This document shows positions 10,158-19,769 of a stretch of 64,000 nucleotides of DNA, piece by piece; within the stretch, counting starts at the first letter, position 1, and each line of letters starts with the position of its first letter. A program made the translations under genes and the position numbers. The stretch is taken from assembly GCA_963666345.1 (NCBI GenBank), contig OY762721.1:768001-832000 (forward strand). Direction: 5' to 3'. The notes beneath the pieces were generated by a model, which was given only the letters and a program-made list of their open reading frames with translations, ran no database searches and was not told where the DNA came from. This DNA is from Desulfatiglandales bacterium. GTDB lineage: Bacteria > Desulfobacterota > DSM-4660 > Desulfatiglandales > Desulfatiglandaceae.

Positions 10158-11192
10158 ATGCATAAAGGCCCCTCTATTAATAATGCAACGGCATATAAGA
10201 CGACCGATATTGTCCTTTCCGGGGATATCGGAGGGACAAAGACAAACCTGGCCCTGTTTTCAAGGGGAAAAACAAGACCTGTGCTTAAGTTTTTTCAAAC
10301 CTATCCCAGCAGGAAATATTTATCCCTTGAAAAAATTATAGAGGAATTTCTTCCGGTTAACCCCCGATCTTTAGCCATGGCCTGTCTTGGTATTGCAGGG
10401 CCGGTGATGGACGGAAAGGTAAAAACAACGAATCTTCCATGGGAGATCTCCGAGACCAGGATCATGGAAAAGTTCGGCTTCGGCAAGGCCAAACTCATAA
10501 ATGACCTGACCGCGACCGCTCTGTCCGTCCCGCTTCTGAAACATAAGGATACGGTTTATCTTAACAGGGTCAGGGCGTCAAAAAACGGCAATATCGTTGT
10601 CCTGGCCCCCGGCACCGGCACGGGAGTGGCTTTTCTCTTTAATGACAACGGCCGATACGAAGCATTACCCTCCGAGGGAGGACACGCGGACCTTGCCTCC
10701 CTTACTCAAAACCAGGATGATCTTATAAGATATCTGAGAAATCGATATGGCCGCGTAAGCATGGAAAGAGTCATTTCAGGCAACGGTCTTATCAACATCT
10801 ACGACTGGCTGAAAGAAACAGGACGTTTCAGAGAGCCTGAGGCCTTAAAAGAGCTTCTTGAAAATGGAGACCCTGCAGAGATTATTTCAAAAAACGCCAT
10901 TGACAACAGATATGCCATATGCACCGAAGCCTTGAGGGAATTTGTCTCCATCCTGGGTGCCGCAGCCGGGAATCTCGCCCTTACGGTAATGGCATTGGGA
11001 GGTGTCTATCTGGGTGGGGGCATACCGCCCAAGATCATCCCAGCGCTTTCACAGGGCGCCTTCATGGAATCCTTTGAATATAAGGGTCGTTTCAGTGGAC
11101 TGATGAAGAAAATACCCGTACGGATAATCGTAAACAACAGGGCCGCCCTTTACGGAGCAGCCTGCAGGGCCCTTGAACTTACAGGTTCATGA
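10158..11192 (+). CDS. glk: Glucokinase
   Basis: DIGGTKT, AGPV, LINDL, APGTGTG, SEGGH, GGVYLGGGI. Confidence 0.93.
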   Translation: MHKGPSINNATAYKTTDIVLSGDIGGTKTNLALFSRGKTRPVLKFFQTYPSRKYLSLEKIIEEFLPVNPRSLAMACLGIAGPVMDGKVKTTNLPWEISETRIMEKFGFGKAKLINDLTATALSVPLLKHKDTVYLNRVRASKNGNIVVLAPGTGTGVAFLFNDNGRYEALPSEGGHADLASLTQNQDDLIRYLRNRYGRVSMERVISGNGLINIYDWLKETGRFREPEALKELLENGDPAEIISKNAIDNRYAICTEALREFVSILGAAAGNLALTVMALGGVYLGGGIPPKIIPALSQGAFMESFEYKGRFSGLMKKIPVRIIVNNRAALYGAACRALELTGS

Positions 11193-11229
11193 TTATAATG
11201 AACGCTTATATCAACCATAGGAGGTAATT

Positions 11230-11862
11230 ATGGATTTCAAGGATGTTGTCACCGGGAGGCGGGCGGTCAATTTTTTCGACACGAAAAAGGAAGTGCCTGA
11301 AGAGCTTTTGAGGAAGATGGTGGATCTGGCCTCCAAGGCGCCATCGAGCTTCAATCTGCAACCCTGGAGCATTATCGTCCTGAGGAAACAGGATGAAAAG
11401 ATGAGACTCAGAAAGCATGCCTGGGACCAGCCCAAGGTTAGTGAAGCACCTGTGGTCCTGATATTGCTTGCTGACAGAAACGGATGGCGGGAGGGGCATC
11501 CCTTTGTGGAGAAAAATTTCGGCGAGATGGTAAAGGCGGGCAGCATGAAACAGGAGCAGAGGGACTGGTTCCTGAATGCCTGCAGGGCTCTATACGGTGA
11601 AAACCCTGAAAAGCAGCAGGCCTTTGCCTGTAAAAATACCGCATTTTTCGCCATGTCCCTCATGTTCGCGGCCAAGCACCTGGGACTGGACACTCATCCC
11701 ATGGACGGATTCGACCACGATGCGGTAAGAGATGAGTTCGATATCCCTCAAAACTACTGGATACCCCTTCTTCTGGCCGTGGGATACTTTGACGATACCA
11801 AGTCGCTTCATCCTCCCAAATGGAGGAAGGGGTTTGACGAGATAGTTGTAAGATTCGATTGA
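11230..11862 (+). CDS. Nitroreductase family protein
   Basis: RRAV.FF, APSSFNLQPW, THPMDGFD; AGGAGG RBS. Confidence 0.9.
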   Translation: MDFKDVVTGRRAVNFFDTKKEVPEELLRKMVDLASKAPSSFNLQPWSIIVLRKQDEKMRLRKHAWDQPKVSEAPVVLILLADRNGWREGHPFVEKNFGEMVKAGSMKQEQRDWFLNACRALYGENPEKQQAFACKNTAFFAMSLMFAAKHLGLDTHPMDGFDHDAVRDEFDIPQNYWIPLLLAVGYFDDTKSLHPPKWRKGFDEIVVRFD

Positions 11863-12024
11863 GGCGAGATAAACCGCTGACAACTCTTTTACATTGTACA
11901 TTACGTGTTTTTTTTATTTATATTACAATAATTAAAGCAATCCCGCTGAAGCGGGACAGGCGATGCCTTGATGGTGGATCAGGGCTTGTGCGAAAAGGAA
12001 TAACCCCAGACAGGAGGAAAAGAT

Positions 12025-12816
12025 ATGAGTGCCGGAATAAGTTATTTTTTGACGACTTATGGTTTAAAGGTGATAGGTGCGATCATCATACTGATTCTAG
12101 GTAGAGTCGCGGCGGGAATGGGTAAAAACATCATCGAAAAAATGCTCAGAAAATCCAAGCAGGACGATGCCTTAACCTCTTTTATCGGAAGCATTGTCTA
12201 CATCCTTATCCTCACGTTTGCCGTTATTGCGGCCCTTGCAAAGTTCGGGATCCAGACCGCATCATTCGTGGCGGTCCTGGGCGCGGTAGGTTTTGCCGTC
12301 GGATTTGCGCTTCAGGGCTCCCTTTCAAATTTCGCAGCAGGAGTCATGATCCTCATATTCAGGCCTTTCAGGCTGGGGGATTTTGTGACTGCGGGAGGTG
12401 TAACAGGCGCGGTAAAGGAGATAGGAATATTTACCACCATCTTTAATACCCCGGATAATGTAAAGGTAATCGTGCCGAACGGAAAACTGTTCGGTGATGT
12501 CATCAAAAACTTTTCCTCTTATGACACCAGAAGGATAGATCTGGTTATAGGTATCGGATATGGATCGGACATAGGTAAGGCTATCGAAGTGATCAAAAAG
12601 GTCTTTGATGAGAACGACCAGGTATTGGCGGATCCCGCGCCCCAGATCGCCGTATCGGAACTGGCCGATTCAAGCATCAATCTCGTTGTCAGGCCCTGGG
12701 TCAATAACGCAAATTACTGGCCCAGCAGGTTCGAATTGACCAGGAAGATAAAAGAGGCCCTTGATCAAAACGGCATAGAGATACCATTTCCTCAAATGGT
12801 TGTGCATAAGGATTGA
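12025..12816 (+). CDS. mscS: Small-conductance mechanosensitive channel
   Basis: GFALQGSLSNFAAG, RPFRLGD, IVPNG, GIEIPFPQ. Confidence 0.92.
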   Translation: MSAGISYFLTTYGLKVIGAIIILILGRVAAGMGKNIIEKMLRKSKQDDALTSFIGSIVYILILTFAVIAALAKFGIQTASFVAVLGAVGFAVGFALQGSLSNFAAGVMILIFRPFRLGDFVTAGGVTGAVKEIGIFTTIFNTPDNVKVIVPNGKLFGDVIKNFSSYDTRRIDLVIGIGYGSDIGKAIEVIKKVFDENDQVLADPAPQIAVSELADSSINLVVRPWVNNANYWPSRFELTRKIKEALDQNGIEIPFPQMVVHKD

Positions 12817-13391
12817 AGGGAACCTTTCAGATAACCATGTGCCGGATAAAATCCAAAAAAAAAGGACGCTGCCTCTTCGCTTTGACCTCTCCGCTCCTTT
12901 TCATGTTTTTCTTTTGTTCACTCGCTTATCCCGGCGGTCCTGTGAATAATGAAAAAAGGCACAGGAAGATTCTCAAGATGTATTCGCAATACAAGGATCG
13001 ATCCTTTCCATCCGTATATGATCTTTCCCCTGAACAGGTGTTCAAGATAATGAAAAGGCTTGAGGTTGTCTTTTTGGATATTAGAGGATCTGAAGAGCAG
13101 GCCGTTTCAATGATAAAGGGGGCTATTACCGAGGCCCAATTTTTTGACGAGCTGGATTCATACAAAAACCGGACAGTTATAGCCTACTGCACCATCAGCT
13201 ACAGGAGCGGCATACTTGTGGAAAAATTAGGGAAAAAGGGAATTCACATCATAAACCTGAGAGGGGGGTTGCTTGCCTGGGTACATGCAGGCGGCAGGCT
13301 GCACAAAAACGGAAAAGAGGTCAAAAAGCTGCACGTCTACGGCAGGAAATGGGATCTGGCGCCTGCCGGATATGAAAGCCTGATGTTCTAG
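12813..13391 (+). CDS. Exported rhodanese-like domain protein
   Basis: N-terminal hydrophobic segment, FLDIR, active-site loop YCTISYRS, NLRGG..AW. Start may be 12837. Confidence 0.8.
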   Translation: MKGTFQITMCRIKSKKKGRCLFALTSPLLFMFFFCSLAYPGGPVNNEKRHRKILKMYSQYKDRSFPSVYDLSPEQVFKIMKRLEVVFLDIRGSEEQAVSMIKGAITEAQFFDELDSYKNRTVIAYCTISYRSGILVEKLGKKGIHIINLRGGLLAWVHAGGRLHKNGKEVKKLHVYGRKWDLAPAGYESLMF

Positions 13392-13396
13392 GATTT

Positions 13397-14067
13397 CTAT
13401 CCGGGGCCCCTTCTGCCGTAATAGTCTTTATAGTATGCCATGCCGCAGGCTTTTGCCCTCAGGTTGTTTAAATGACTTATCAGTATATTTTCCGTTCCAC
13501 CGGTCTTGAACTTCATGCCCATCGCGCCCCCCCTGCGGCGAAACGGTTTGCGTTCAAGGCGGAGATAATCCGGCTGACAGCGCCCCTGTCCAGGGAACAC
13601 TCGGCATGCAATATGACGATTGCGCCCCCTTTTGCCCTTTTGGTCCCTTCTGCAATCTGAAGCCCTCTTCCCTTCGGGCCTTCAATAATATTGACATCGT
13701 ATCCGGCCGCCTTTCCGAGCGTGCCGTCCCTTGAGCCCCCGTCCCAGAGGTACCTGGAATAATCATCCTCAAGAACAGGAGTGGAGCCTATAAGGGAAAG
13801 CCTCATTATCAGGCCTAAAAAAAGGATCAGAATATGACCGCGAAAACTTATTGGTAAGTCCTTGTGGCGGAAAATGAAGAAAAGATACATCCCTGCCGCC
13901 GTGATCATTATGGCGATTGCCTCAAGTATCGGCTTTTCAAGGTCCTCCGTATCATATGCAAATGCACCTGAGATAAATGAAAAAGTGCACATGCAGACGC
14001 ACAGCCCGGTGCCTGCAAGTAACAAAAAGGCGGGCAGTATCTTGTCGTTTTGGGTGTTCTTTTTCAA
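13397..14067 (-). pseudogene. Chimeric remnant: GT87/DUF2029-like membrane glycosyltransferase N-terminus joined to a TIGR04283-like GT2 fragment
   Basis: ...EDDYSRYLWDG|GSRDGT...GRGLQIAEG..AKGGAIVILHAE..., then a frameshift in a G-run into GGAMGMKF...LNNLRAKACGMAY. Confidence 0.6.
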
Positions 14068-14503
14068 AACACACTCCGTTTACGCAATAGGCGCGGAGGG
14101 TTCAGGCAAAGGCTGAAAATAGGGGCCTGTTTTTTATGGACAGGGACAATTTTAAAACCTATCTGAAAAAGCCTTGTTTTTCTCAGATTTAATTGCAGGA
14201 CAGTCTTAAAGGACCCGAGGGGTCAGGGATTCAGGGGTTTATTTGACCCACTTATTCTGCCCGATGCATTTCAACCGCCAGGCATATGATCCGGAAGTAT
14301 AACGCGACTTTCTATTTTTGGCCAAATCATATCAAACACAATATACTTAACGGCCTTTTGCTCGACTTTTCTTTCGAAGGTCCGGCTTTTTATTGGTGAT
14401 TTTCATTAAAACAGGTTATAGCAGACAGCATTAACAGCTATAGCCAGGCCCGAACATTCGGAGCACTAAAGATCTACCAACCTAAATTAATAAGAACATT
14501 ATA

Positions 14504-15079
14504 ATGGCAAAGGATAGATACAGTAATTTTGATGAATTAAGAAAATATGAGACACTTCATAAGGACTATAGGATCTCCACCAGCGACCTGGGGTCCGACA
14601 TAACCATTATAGCTCCTCATGGAGGAAAAATCGAGCCAAGGACATCGGACATTGCAAGGGAAGCGGCAAAAGGCAGATATAATTTTTATTCCTTTGAAGG
14701 TATAAAAGGCGTGAATAATGGATCGCTTCATATAACCAGCCACAATTTTGATGAGCCTGAGGCCCTCGAATTGTTATCCAGATCAAGTTCGGTTATTGCA
14801 ATCCATGCCTGTACCGGCAACGAGTCTCTGGTCTATCTGGGAGGCCTTGACAAAGAGCTGGAGGCGATCATAGCTGAAGAATTGGAAGACAGGGGAATAG
14901 ATATCTCAAAAGGGCATACCGGGTATAAGGGATTGCGCCCTGAAAATATCTGCAATCGCTCCGCGACAAACAAAGGGGTTCAGCTTGAAATAACCCGTGA
15001 CCTCAGAGATGACCCTCAAAAGGTCCACCTCATTTGTGAGGCGATACGGGCTGCCTTGGCCAAAATATCCCGAGATTAA
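14504..15079 (+). CDS. Poly-gamma-glutamate hydrolase family protein (DUF867/PghP-like)
   Basis: IIAPHGGKIEPRTS, FEG, LHITSHNFDEP, IH, NICN, GVQLEI. Confidence 0.85.
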   Translation: MAKDRYSNFDELRKYETLHKDYRISTSDLGSDITIIAPHGGKIEPRTSDIAREAAKGRYNFYSFEGIKGVNNGSLHITSHNFDEPEALELLSRSSSVIAIHACTGNESLVYLGGLDKELEAIIAEELEDRGIDISKGHTGYKGLRPENICNRSATNKGVQLEITRDLRDDPQKVHLICEAIRAALAKISRD

Positions 15080-15236
15080 TAAATATACTAACCTGTTAAT
15101 ATAAGAGGATATGAAACAGACGGCAAGGGATCTACAATTTCCACATCAGGCAATTGTATTTCCTGAAAGTTATCAGGCATGAGGCCTGTTTATCCGTTCA
15201 GGCCTCATGCCCAACATTAAAAGAGGAGGTTCAAGT

Positions 15237-16199
15237 ATGGTCCAAGAAATTACAGCACAGGAACTTAACACCGAACAATTCATAGAGGAAAAGGTCAAGG
15301 CGGTCAAGGAGGCCGCAGGGGAAACAACCGCGATAAACGCCCTTTCAGGAGGGGTTGACTCTTCCGTCGTGACAATGCTGGGGCACCTCGCACTTGGCAA
15401 TAAGCTAAGGACAGTTATTATCGAAAATGGCCTGATGCGCCAGGGAGAGCCTGAGCGGGTCTTGGAGCTTTTTCAAAATCTTGGTGTCGCAGTTGAGATA
15501 GTGGACGCACGCAAGGAGTTCTTCTCCGCCCTTGAGGGAATCACAGACCCTGAACAGAAACGCGAGGCGGTCACTCAGACCTTTTATAAAGAGATATTCG
15601 GCCGCATCGTCAGGGAAAGCGGGGCAAAGTGTCTTTTGCAGGGAACCATCCTTACCGATATCGACGAGACCGTCGCGGGAATCAAGCGTCAGCACAATGT
15701 GTTTGCGCAGCTCGGCATCGACCCGCAGGCAACCTTCGGCTACCGGATAATCGAGCCGCTCATTCAGCTCAGAAAGGACGGGGTCAGAAAGGTTGGAAAG
15801 GCCGTGGGGCTGCCTGACGAACTCTTTGATCGTATTCCCTTTCCCGGGCCTGCACTGGCAGCGCGTGTCATAGGGGCAATTACCCCTGAACGCCTGGACA
15901 CGGTCCGCAAGGCGACCGTTATAGTGGAAACATACCTGAAGGATACCTCTGCGTTCCAGTACATGGCGATCCTTCATGAAGACCGCGTGACAGGGATGCG
16001 GGATCACAAGCGGGACTTCGGCCAGCAGATTGAGATTCGCTGCTGGGACAGTGTGGACGCCAGGACGGCAACGCCGACAAGACTGCCTTATGACATGCTT
16101 GAGAATATGGCAGGCGATATTATAGACAGCGTCCCGGGTATCGTCAGCGTCACTTACAACATAGCCTCCAAGCCCCCCTCTACGATAGAGGCGATCTAG
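15237..16199 (+). CDS. guaAB: GMP synthase ATP-pyrophosphatase subunit (no glutaminase domain)
   Basis: PP-loop ALSGGVDS, DPEQKR, LQGT..D, PFPGPALAAR, KPPSTIE. Start ATG 15237 after GAGGAGG. Confidence 0.85.
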   Translation: MVQEITAQELNTEQFIEEKVKAVKEAAGETTAINALSGGVDSSVVTMLGHLALGNKLRTVIIENGLMRQGEPERVLELFQNLGVAVEIVDARKEFFSALEGITDPEQKREAVTQTFYKEIFGRIVRESGAKCLLQGTILTDIDETVAGIKRQHNVFAQLGIDPQATFGYRIIEPLIQLRKDGVRKVGKAVGLPDELFDRIPFPGPALAARVIGAITPERLDTVRKATVIVETYLKDTSAFQYMAILHEDRVTGMRDHKRDFGQQIEIRCWDSVDARTATPTRLPYDMLENMAGDIIDSVPGIVSVTYNIASKPPSTIEAI

Positions 16200-16258
16200 C
16201 GACGATTTGCAGACACGGGAAAGCTCTCACCTTTATTCATGCCTATTGGATATAAGGT

Positions 16259-16730
16259 TCAGCCGAACTTATCTATATTACTTCCTGCCGGTGCCGGACA
16301 GGAACAAAAACCAAGGCACCGGCAGGCCTCAGCATAAGAAACAGCAGGCCCTGTCGCACAGACTACTTTCCTGCCATCCGTCTCAAGGCGTCGGCGATAT
16401 GCCCGGCCGAAGCCATGTTTATCGAACAAGTATCTCTGCGTTGTCACTTCGCCGAAGCGGTCAGGGACCCCCCAGCCGCTTGAGCCAGCGTGGTTGATCT
16501 GCACTAAGGGCCTCGCACGCCGCACTGCCAAAGCCTCCTACCGTATTCCGGTTTTCAACCGTAACCACCCCGCCTGTCTTTGAAGCCGATTTAGCACAAG
16601 GGTTTCCAACGTCAAAAGGCTTTACCGAGCTGTAATGGATTAATTCTACGCTGATGTTCTCCGCCTCCGGTTTTCTTGCCGCATCAAAAGAAAATTTCGT
16701 CATATATCCGGTTGAAAACAGGCCTCAGCC
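16259..16730 (-). pseudogene. Transketolase C-terminal domain remnant
   Basis: LFSTGYMTK...VELIHYSSVKPFD...KTGGVVTVEN...GGFGSAACEAL...LKRLG / frameshift / VPDRFGE...YLFDKHGF. No N-terminal part. Confidence 0.75.
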
Positions 16731-16788
16731 CCAGCCCGTTTACGCCCGCTTGAGACCAATTGGACAGGGCCTGACAGATATGACAAAT

Positions 16789-16808
16789 AAATGAAACCCA
16801 TTTCATTT
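16789..16808. promoter_or_regulatory. Secondary LacI-family operator
   Basis: AAATGAAACCCATTTCATTT; 14/16 match to the perfect operator at 17039. Confidence 0.6.
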
Positions 16809-17038
16809 AAAGAAGTCCTTTTCCATAAAGCATAAAAACACAGACCACAAACAAATTTAAAAAAACATTTTGCCTTTATTTTAAAATCAGGGGCATATGA
16901 ATCATAGAGAAATTAACACCTTATAAATACTATGCTTTTTATGTCAAATCAGACATAAAAGATCTTTTAGCATAAAAAAATGCAATGGAAATATTTTTTC
17001 CCAAAAAGATCTTGACACTGAAAAATATTTAAATAATT

Positions 17039-17054
17039 ATGAAACCGGTTTCAT
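17039..17054. promoter_or_regulatory. LacI-family operator (perfect palindrome)
   Basis: ATGAAACCGGTTTCAT with central CG, just downstream of TTGACA (17012-17017) and upstream of the LacI gene. Confidence 0.8.
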
Positions 17055-17120
17055 TAAGTTATCGGACTGTTCATATTTTGCCTTTAATCAAACACCTTAA
17101 CGACTAGAGAGGTGTTAGCC

Positions 17121-18137
17121 GTGGCAATCACCATAACAGAGCTAAGCAAGATCACCGGAGTAAGTCGTTCGACCATCTCCAGGGTCTTGAACAGGCCCCA
17201 CCTGGTAAAACAAGAAACACGCGATCGTGTCCTCAAGGCATTAAAGGACAACAATTACGTCTACAATGCCCTGGCAGGGGGATTGACAAAGAGAAAGACA
17301 GCAACGATCGCAGTCATCCTTCCAACAATTACCAATCCGGTCTTCGCGCTTTCCACAAAAGGTATTCAGGACAAGGCACAAAAACGGGGTTATTCGATAC
17401 TGCTGGGAAGCACGAATTACTCAGGAAAATCGGAATTCAAGCTCTTGACGTTATTTCATGAGAAAAGAATTGATGGAATAGTGTTCACAGGAACCCCCTT
17501 GAGCAAAGAATCGATAGAAATGACCTCACGCTTTGAAATTCCATATGTCATCACCTGGGAAAAATCTGATGAACAGGGTGTTTCCTATGTGGCATTTGAT
17601 AACAAAAAATGCGGTTTCAACGTCACCGAATACCTGATTTCTCTGGGACACAGGCATATAGGCATGATCGCGGGAAAATTCAGTGAGACATCCAGGGCCA
17701 GCAAACGCTGGTTGGGGTATAAAGAGGCCCTCAGCATGAATAGCATCAATTATGACGAAAGTATCGTCATTCAAAAGGGTTACTCAGTGACAAACGGCAA
17801 GGAAGCCGCCGGAAGGCTGCTTCGTGCGCCCGAACGACCCACAGCCATTGTTTGCGCAAACGACATCCTAGCCATAGGTGCCATGGCGGCGGCCAAAGAA
17901 ATGGGCTTAAAGGTCGGGGTAGACGTTTCGATAACCGGATTTGACGATCTTGAGGTTTCCGAAGCTCTTAATCCGTCCCTTACCACTTTTAAAATTCCTG
18001 CATACCGTATGGGGAAAATAGCCGCCCAGGTACTTATTGAAACTATTGAAGGGGAAATCAATGAGCCCCAGCAATACTTGCTGGAACCCAGTCTGGTCAT
18101 TAGAGATTCAACCGGGCAAGCCAAAGAAGTCGAATAG
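17121..18137 (+). CDS. LacI-family transcriptional regulator (HpsR-like)
   Basis: HTH TITELSKITGVSRSTISRVLN, plus ND.LAIG and SITGFDD. GTG start after GAGGTG. Confidence 0.92.
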   Translation: MAITITELSKITGVSRSTISRVLNRPHLVKQETRDRVLKALKDNNYVYNALAGGLTKRKTATIAVILPTITNPVFALSTKGIQDKAQKRGYSILLGSTNYSGKSEFKLLTLFHEKRIDGIVFTGTPLSKESIEMTSRFEIPYVITWEKSDEQGVSYVAFDNKKCGFNVTEYLISLGHRHIGMIAGKFSETSRASKRWLGYKEALSMNSINYDESIVIQKGYSVTNGKEAAGRLLRAPERPTAIVCANDILAIGAMAAAKEMGLKVGVDVSITGFDDLEVSEALNPSLTTFKIPAYRMGKIAAQVLIETIEGEINEPQQYLLEPSLVIRDSTGQAKEVE

Positions 18138-18271
18138 CTTTAAGCAGTAAGGTGTAGCAGAAGACCCAAAAGAGCAGTCAAGGAAACGCAACGTCAAAAA
18201 ATCAAAACCTATGGCATGAATGGAAAAAGCAGGAACAAATAGCTTTTAACCCTAACCAAAAGAGGAACGAC

Positions 18272-18535
18272 ATGGAAGAAAATAGCAGAAGCCAAAAACA
18301 TGAAAAGGCGGTTCGAATGGCGTCCATCATCTGTATCTTTCTTTTTTCACTGTACTTTGTGAATGTCTTTGTTGGAAAGGCGGCGACAGTTTATGGATGG
18401 AAGATTTTCCAGCTTGGTAATGTAGGGGAATTTCTGCTTTTGGTGGCTGCATCGATTTTTCTAGTTGTTGTCGCTCTTTATCGCGAGGCAATGGCAAATG
18501 ACAAAAATCAACGTAACAGCAACGAGGAGGTGTAA
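18272..18535 (+). CDS. Small two-TM membrane protein upstream of the TRAP genes
   Basis: GAGGA RBS, two hydrophobic helices, stop 2 nt before the dctP start. Confidence 0.75.
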   Translation: MEENSRSQKHEKAVRMASIICIFLFSLYFVNVFVGKAATVYGWKIFQLGNVGEFLLLVAASIFLVVVALYREAMANDKNQRNSNEEV

Positions 18536-18537
18536 TC

Positions 18538-19695
18538 ATGCCTGATGACAAAAAAGAAGCTAGGGAACTGAAATCGGAAGAAAGACGCCGTTTCATGGAG
18601 CTGACAGCCAAGTTCGGATTCACGGCTGCAGTCCTTGCAATGACAACGGGAGTTCTGGGATCGCGTGAGGCATCTGCGGCGATAGGGAAGGAAGAGAAAG
18701 AGAGGCAGAAAGCCGCTAAGCACACGATGAATATCGCCACGGCCTACATTATCGGTGCATCGCGAAGCTACCCTATCATGCAGTTGGACATGAAAGAGAA
18801 CGTCCAGAACATGACCAGGGGCGATGTTTATGTAAAATTGGCCCCAGGCGGCCAGCTCGGTGCCGGCAGCACCCTGGCCCAAAAGGTTCAGGCAGGGACC
18901 ATTCAGGCCGCACAGCATTCCATTTCCAATTTCGCACCCTTCGCTCCGGCCGTTGATCTTATCAACATCCCTTACTGGTGTGGTGAGAATCAGAAATTCA
19001 TGAATCTGGTTACTTCTGAAACATGGAAAAAAGAAATAGAAGCAAAAGTGGCGGCCAGGGGGTTCAAAGTTCTCATGTATGTATGCATAGACCCACGCAC
19101 CGTGGCCATCCGAAAAGGCATTAAAGGCCCCATTAAAACCCCTGACCAGATGAAAGGCATCAAGTTCCGCGTTCCCGGCTCCAAGCTTCTTCAGCTGTTC
19201 TATAAGCTTGTCGGCGCCAACCCCACTCCGGTCGCATGGGGTGAAACAGCCTCCGCAATCAAGCAGGGTGTTGCAGACGCCCTCGATCCATCGGTGGAAG
19301 CTCTCTATGTCTTTGGTTTCAAGGACATCCTTTCCTATGTCACCTTTAACGCTGCGGTGCCTGACTCACAGGTTTATTCCTGCAACCTGAAGTGGCTTGA
19401 GAGCCTGCCCACAAAAGTGCGCGAGGGAGTCGAATTTGCAGGCGAAGTGACAATGAGGCAGAACCTGGCCAAAGTGCCTGCGGCCCGGGCTTTTGCCATG
19501 GCAGAGCTTGCCAAGTCCGGAGTCGAATTTTATGTCCCCACTGCGGAAGAAAAAAAGCAATGGGTTGAAAAGGCCGGGGCACAACTCCCCGCCTGGGACG
19601 ACATCAAAAAGGAACTGGCAGGATCGCTCAGCCTCTTTGATAGACTGCTGGAAGCGGCCAATACGCCCGGTAATTTCTATGTCCACGACGTGTGA
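18538..19695 (+). CDS. hpsK: TRAP substrate-binding protein, HpsK-like (DHPS uptake), with Tat signal
   Basis: Twin-arginine ERRRFMEL. Segments ATAYIIGASRSYPIMQLD, KFRVPGSK, GANPTPVAWGET and QNLAKVPAARA match my recollection of roseobacter HpsK (not searched). Confidence 0.8.
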   Translation: MPDDKKEARELKSEERRRFMELTAKFGFTAAVLAMTTGVLGSREASAAIGKEEKERQKAAKHTMNIATAYIIGASRSYPIMQLDMKENVQNMTRGDVYVKLAPGGQLGAGSTLAQKVQAGTIQAAQHSISNFAPFAPAVDLINIPYWCGENQKFMNLVTSETWKKEIEAKVAARGFKVLMYVCIDPRTVAIRKGIKGPIKTPDQMKGIKFRVPGSKLLQLFYKLVGANPTPVAWGETASAIKQGVADALDPSVEALYVFGFKDILSYVTFNAAVPDSQVYSCNLKWLESLPTKVREGVEFAGEVTMRQNLAKVPAARAFAMAELAKSGVEFYVPTAEEKKQWVEKAGAQLPAWDDIKKELAGSLSLFDRLLEAANTPGNFYVHDV

Positions 19696-19704
19696 TTAAA
19701 ATGA

Positions 19705-19745
19705 TGCGTCCAGCGGCGTATGATCCTTTATTGCTGCTGGACGCA
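19705..19745 (+). other. Intercistronic stem-loop after the binding-protein gene
   Basis: TGCGTCCAGCGGCG...TTGCTGCTGGACGCA with no U-tract; likely stabilises the mRNA. Confidence 0.6.
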
Positions 19746-19769
19746 AAACACAAACGGGGAGAATGTTAC

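Noticed and set aside
15085..15175. Possible purine riboswitch upstream of the GMP synthase subunit
   Set aside because: Only scattered words (GATATG, TCTAC) resemble the aptamer; I could not build the P1-P3 stems.
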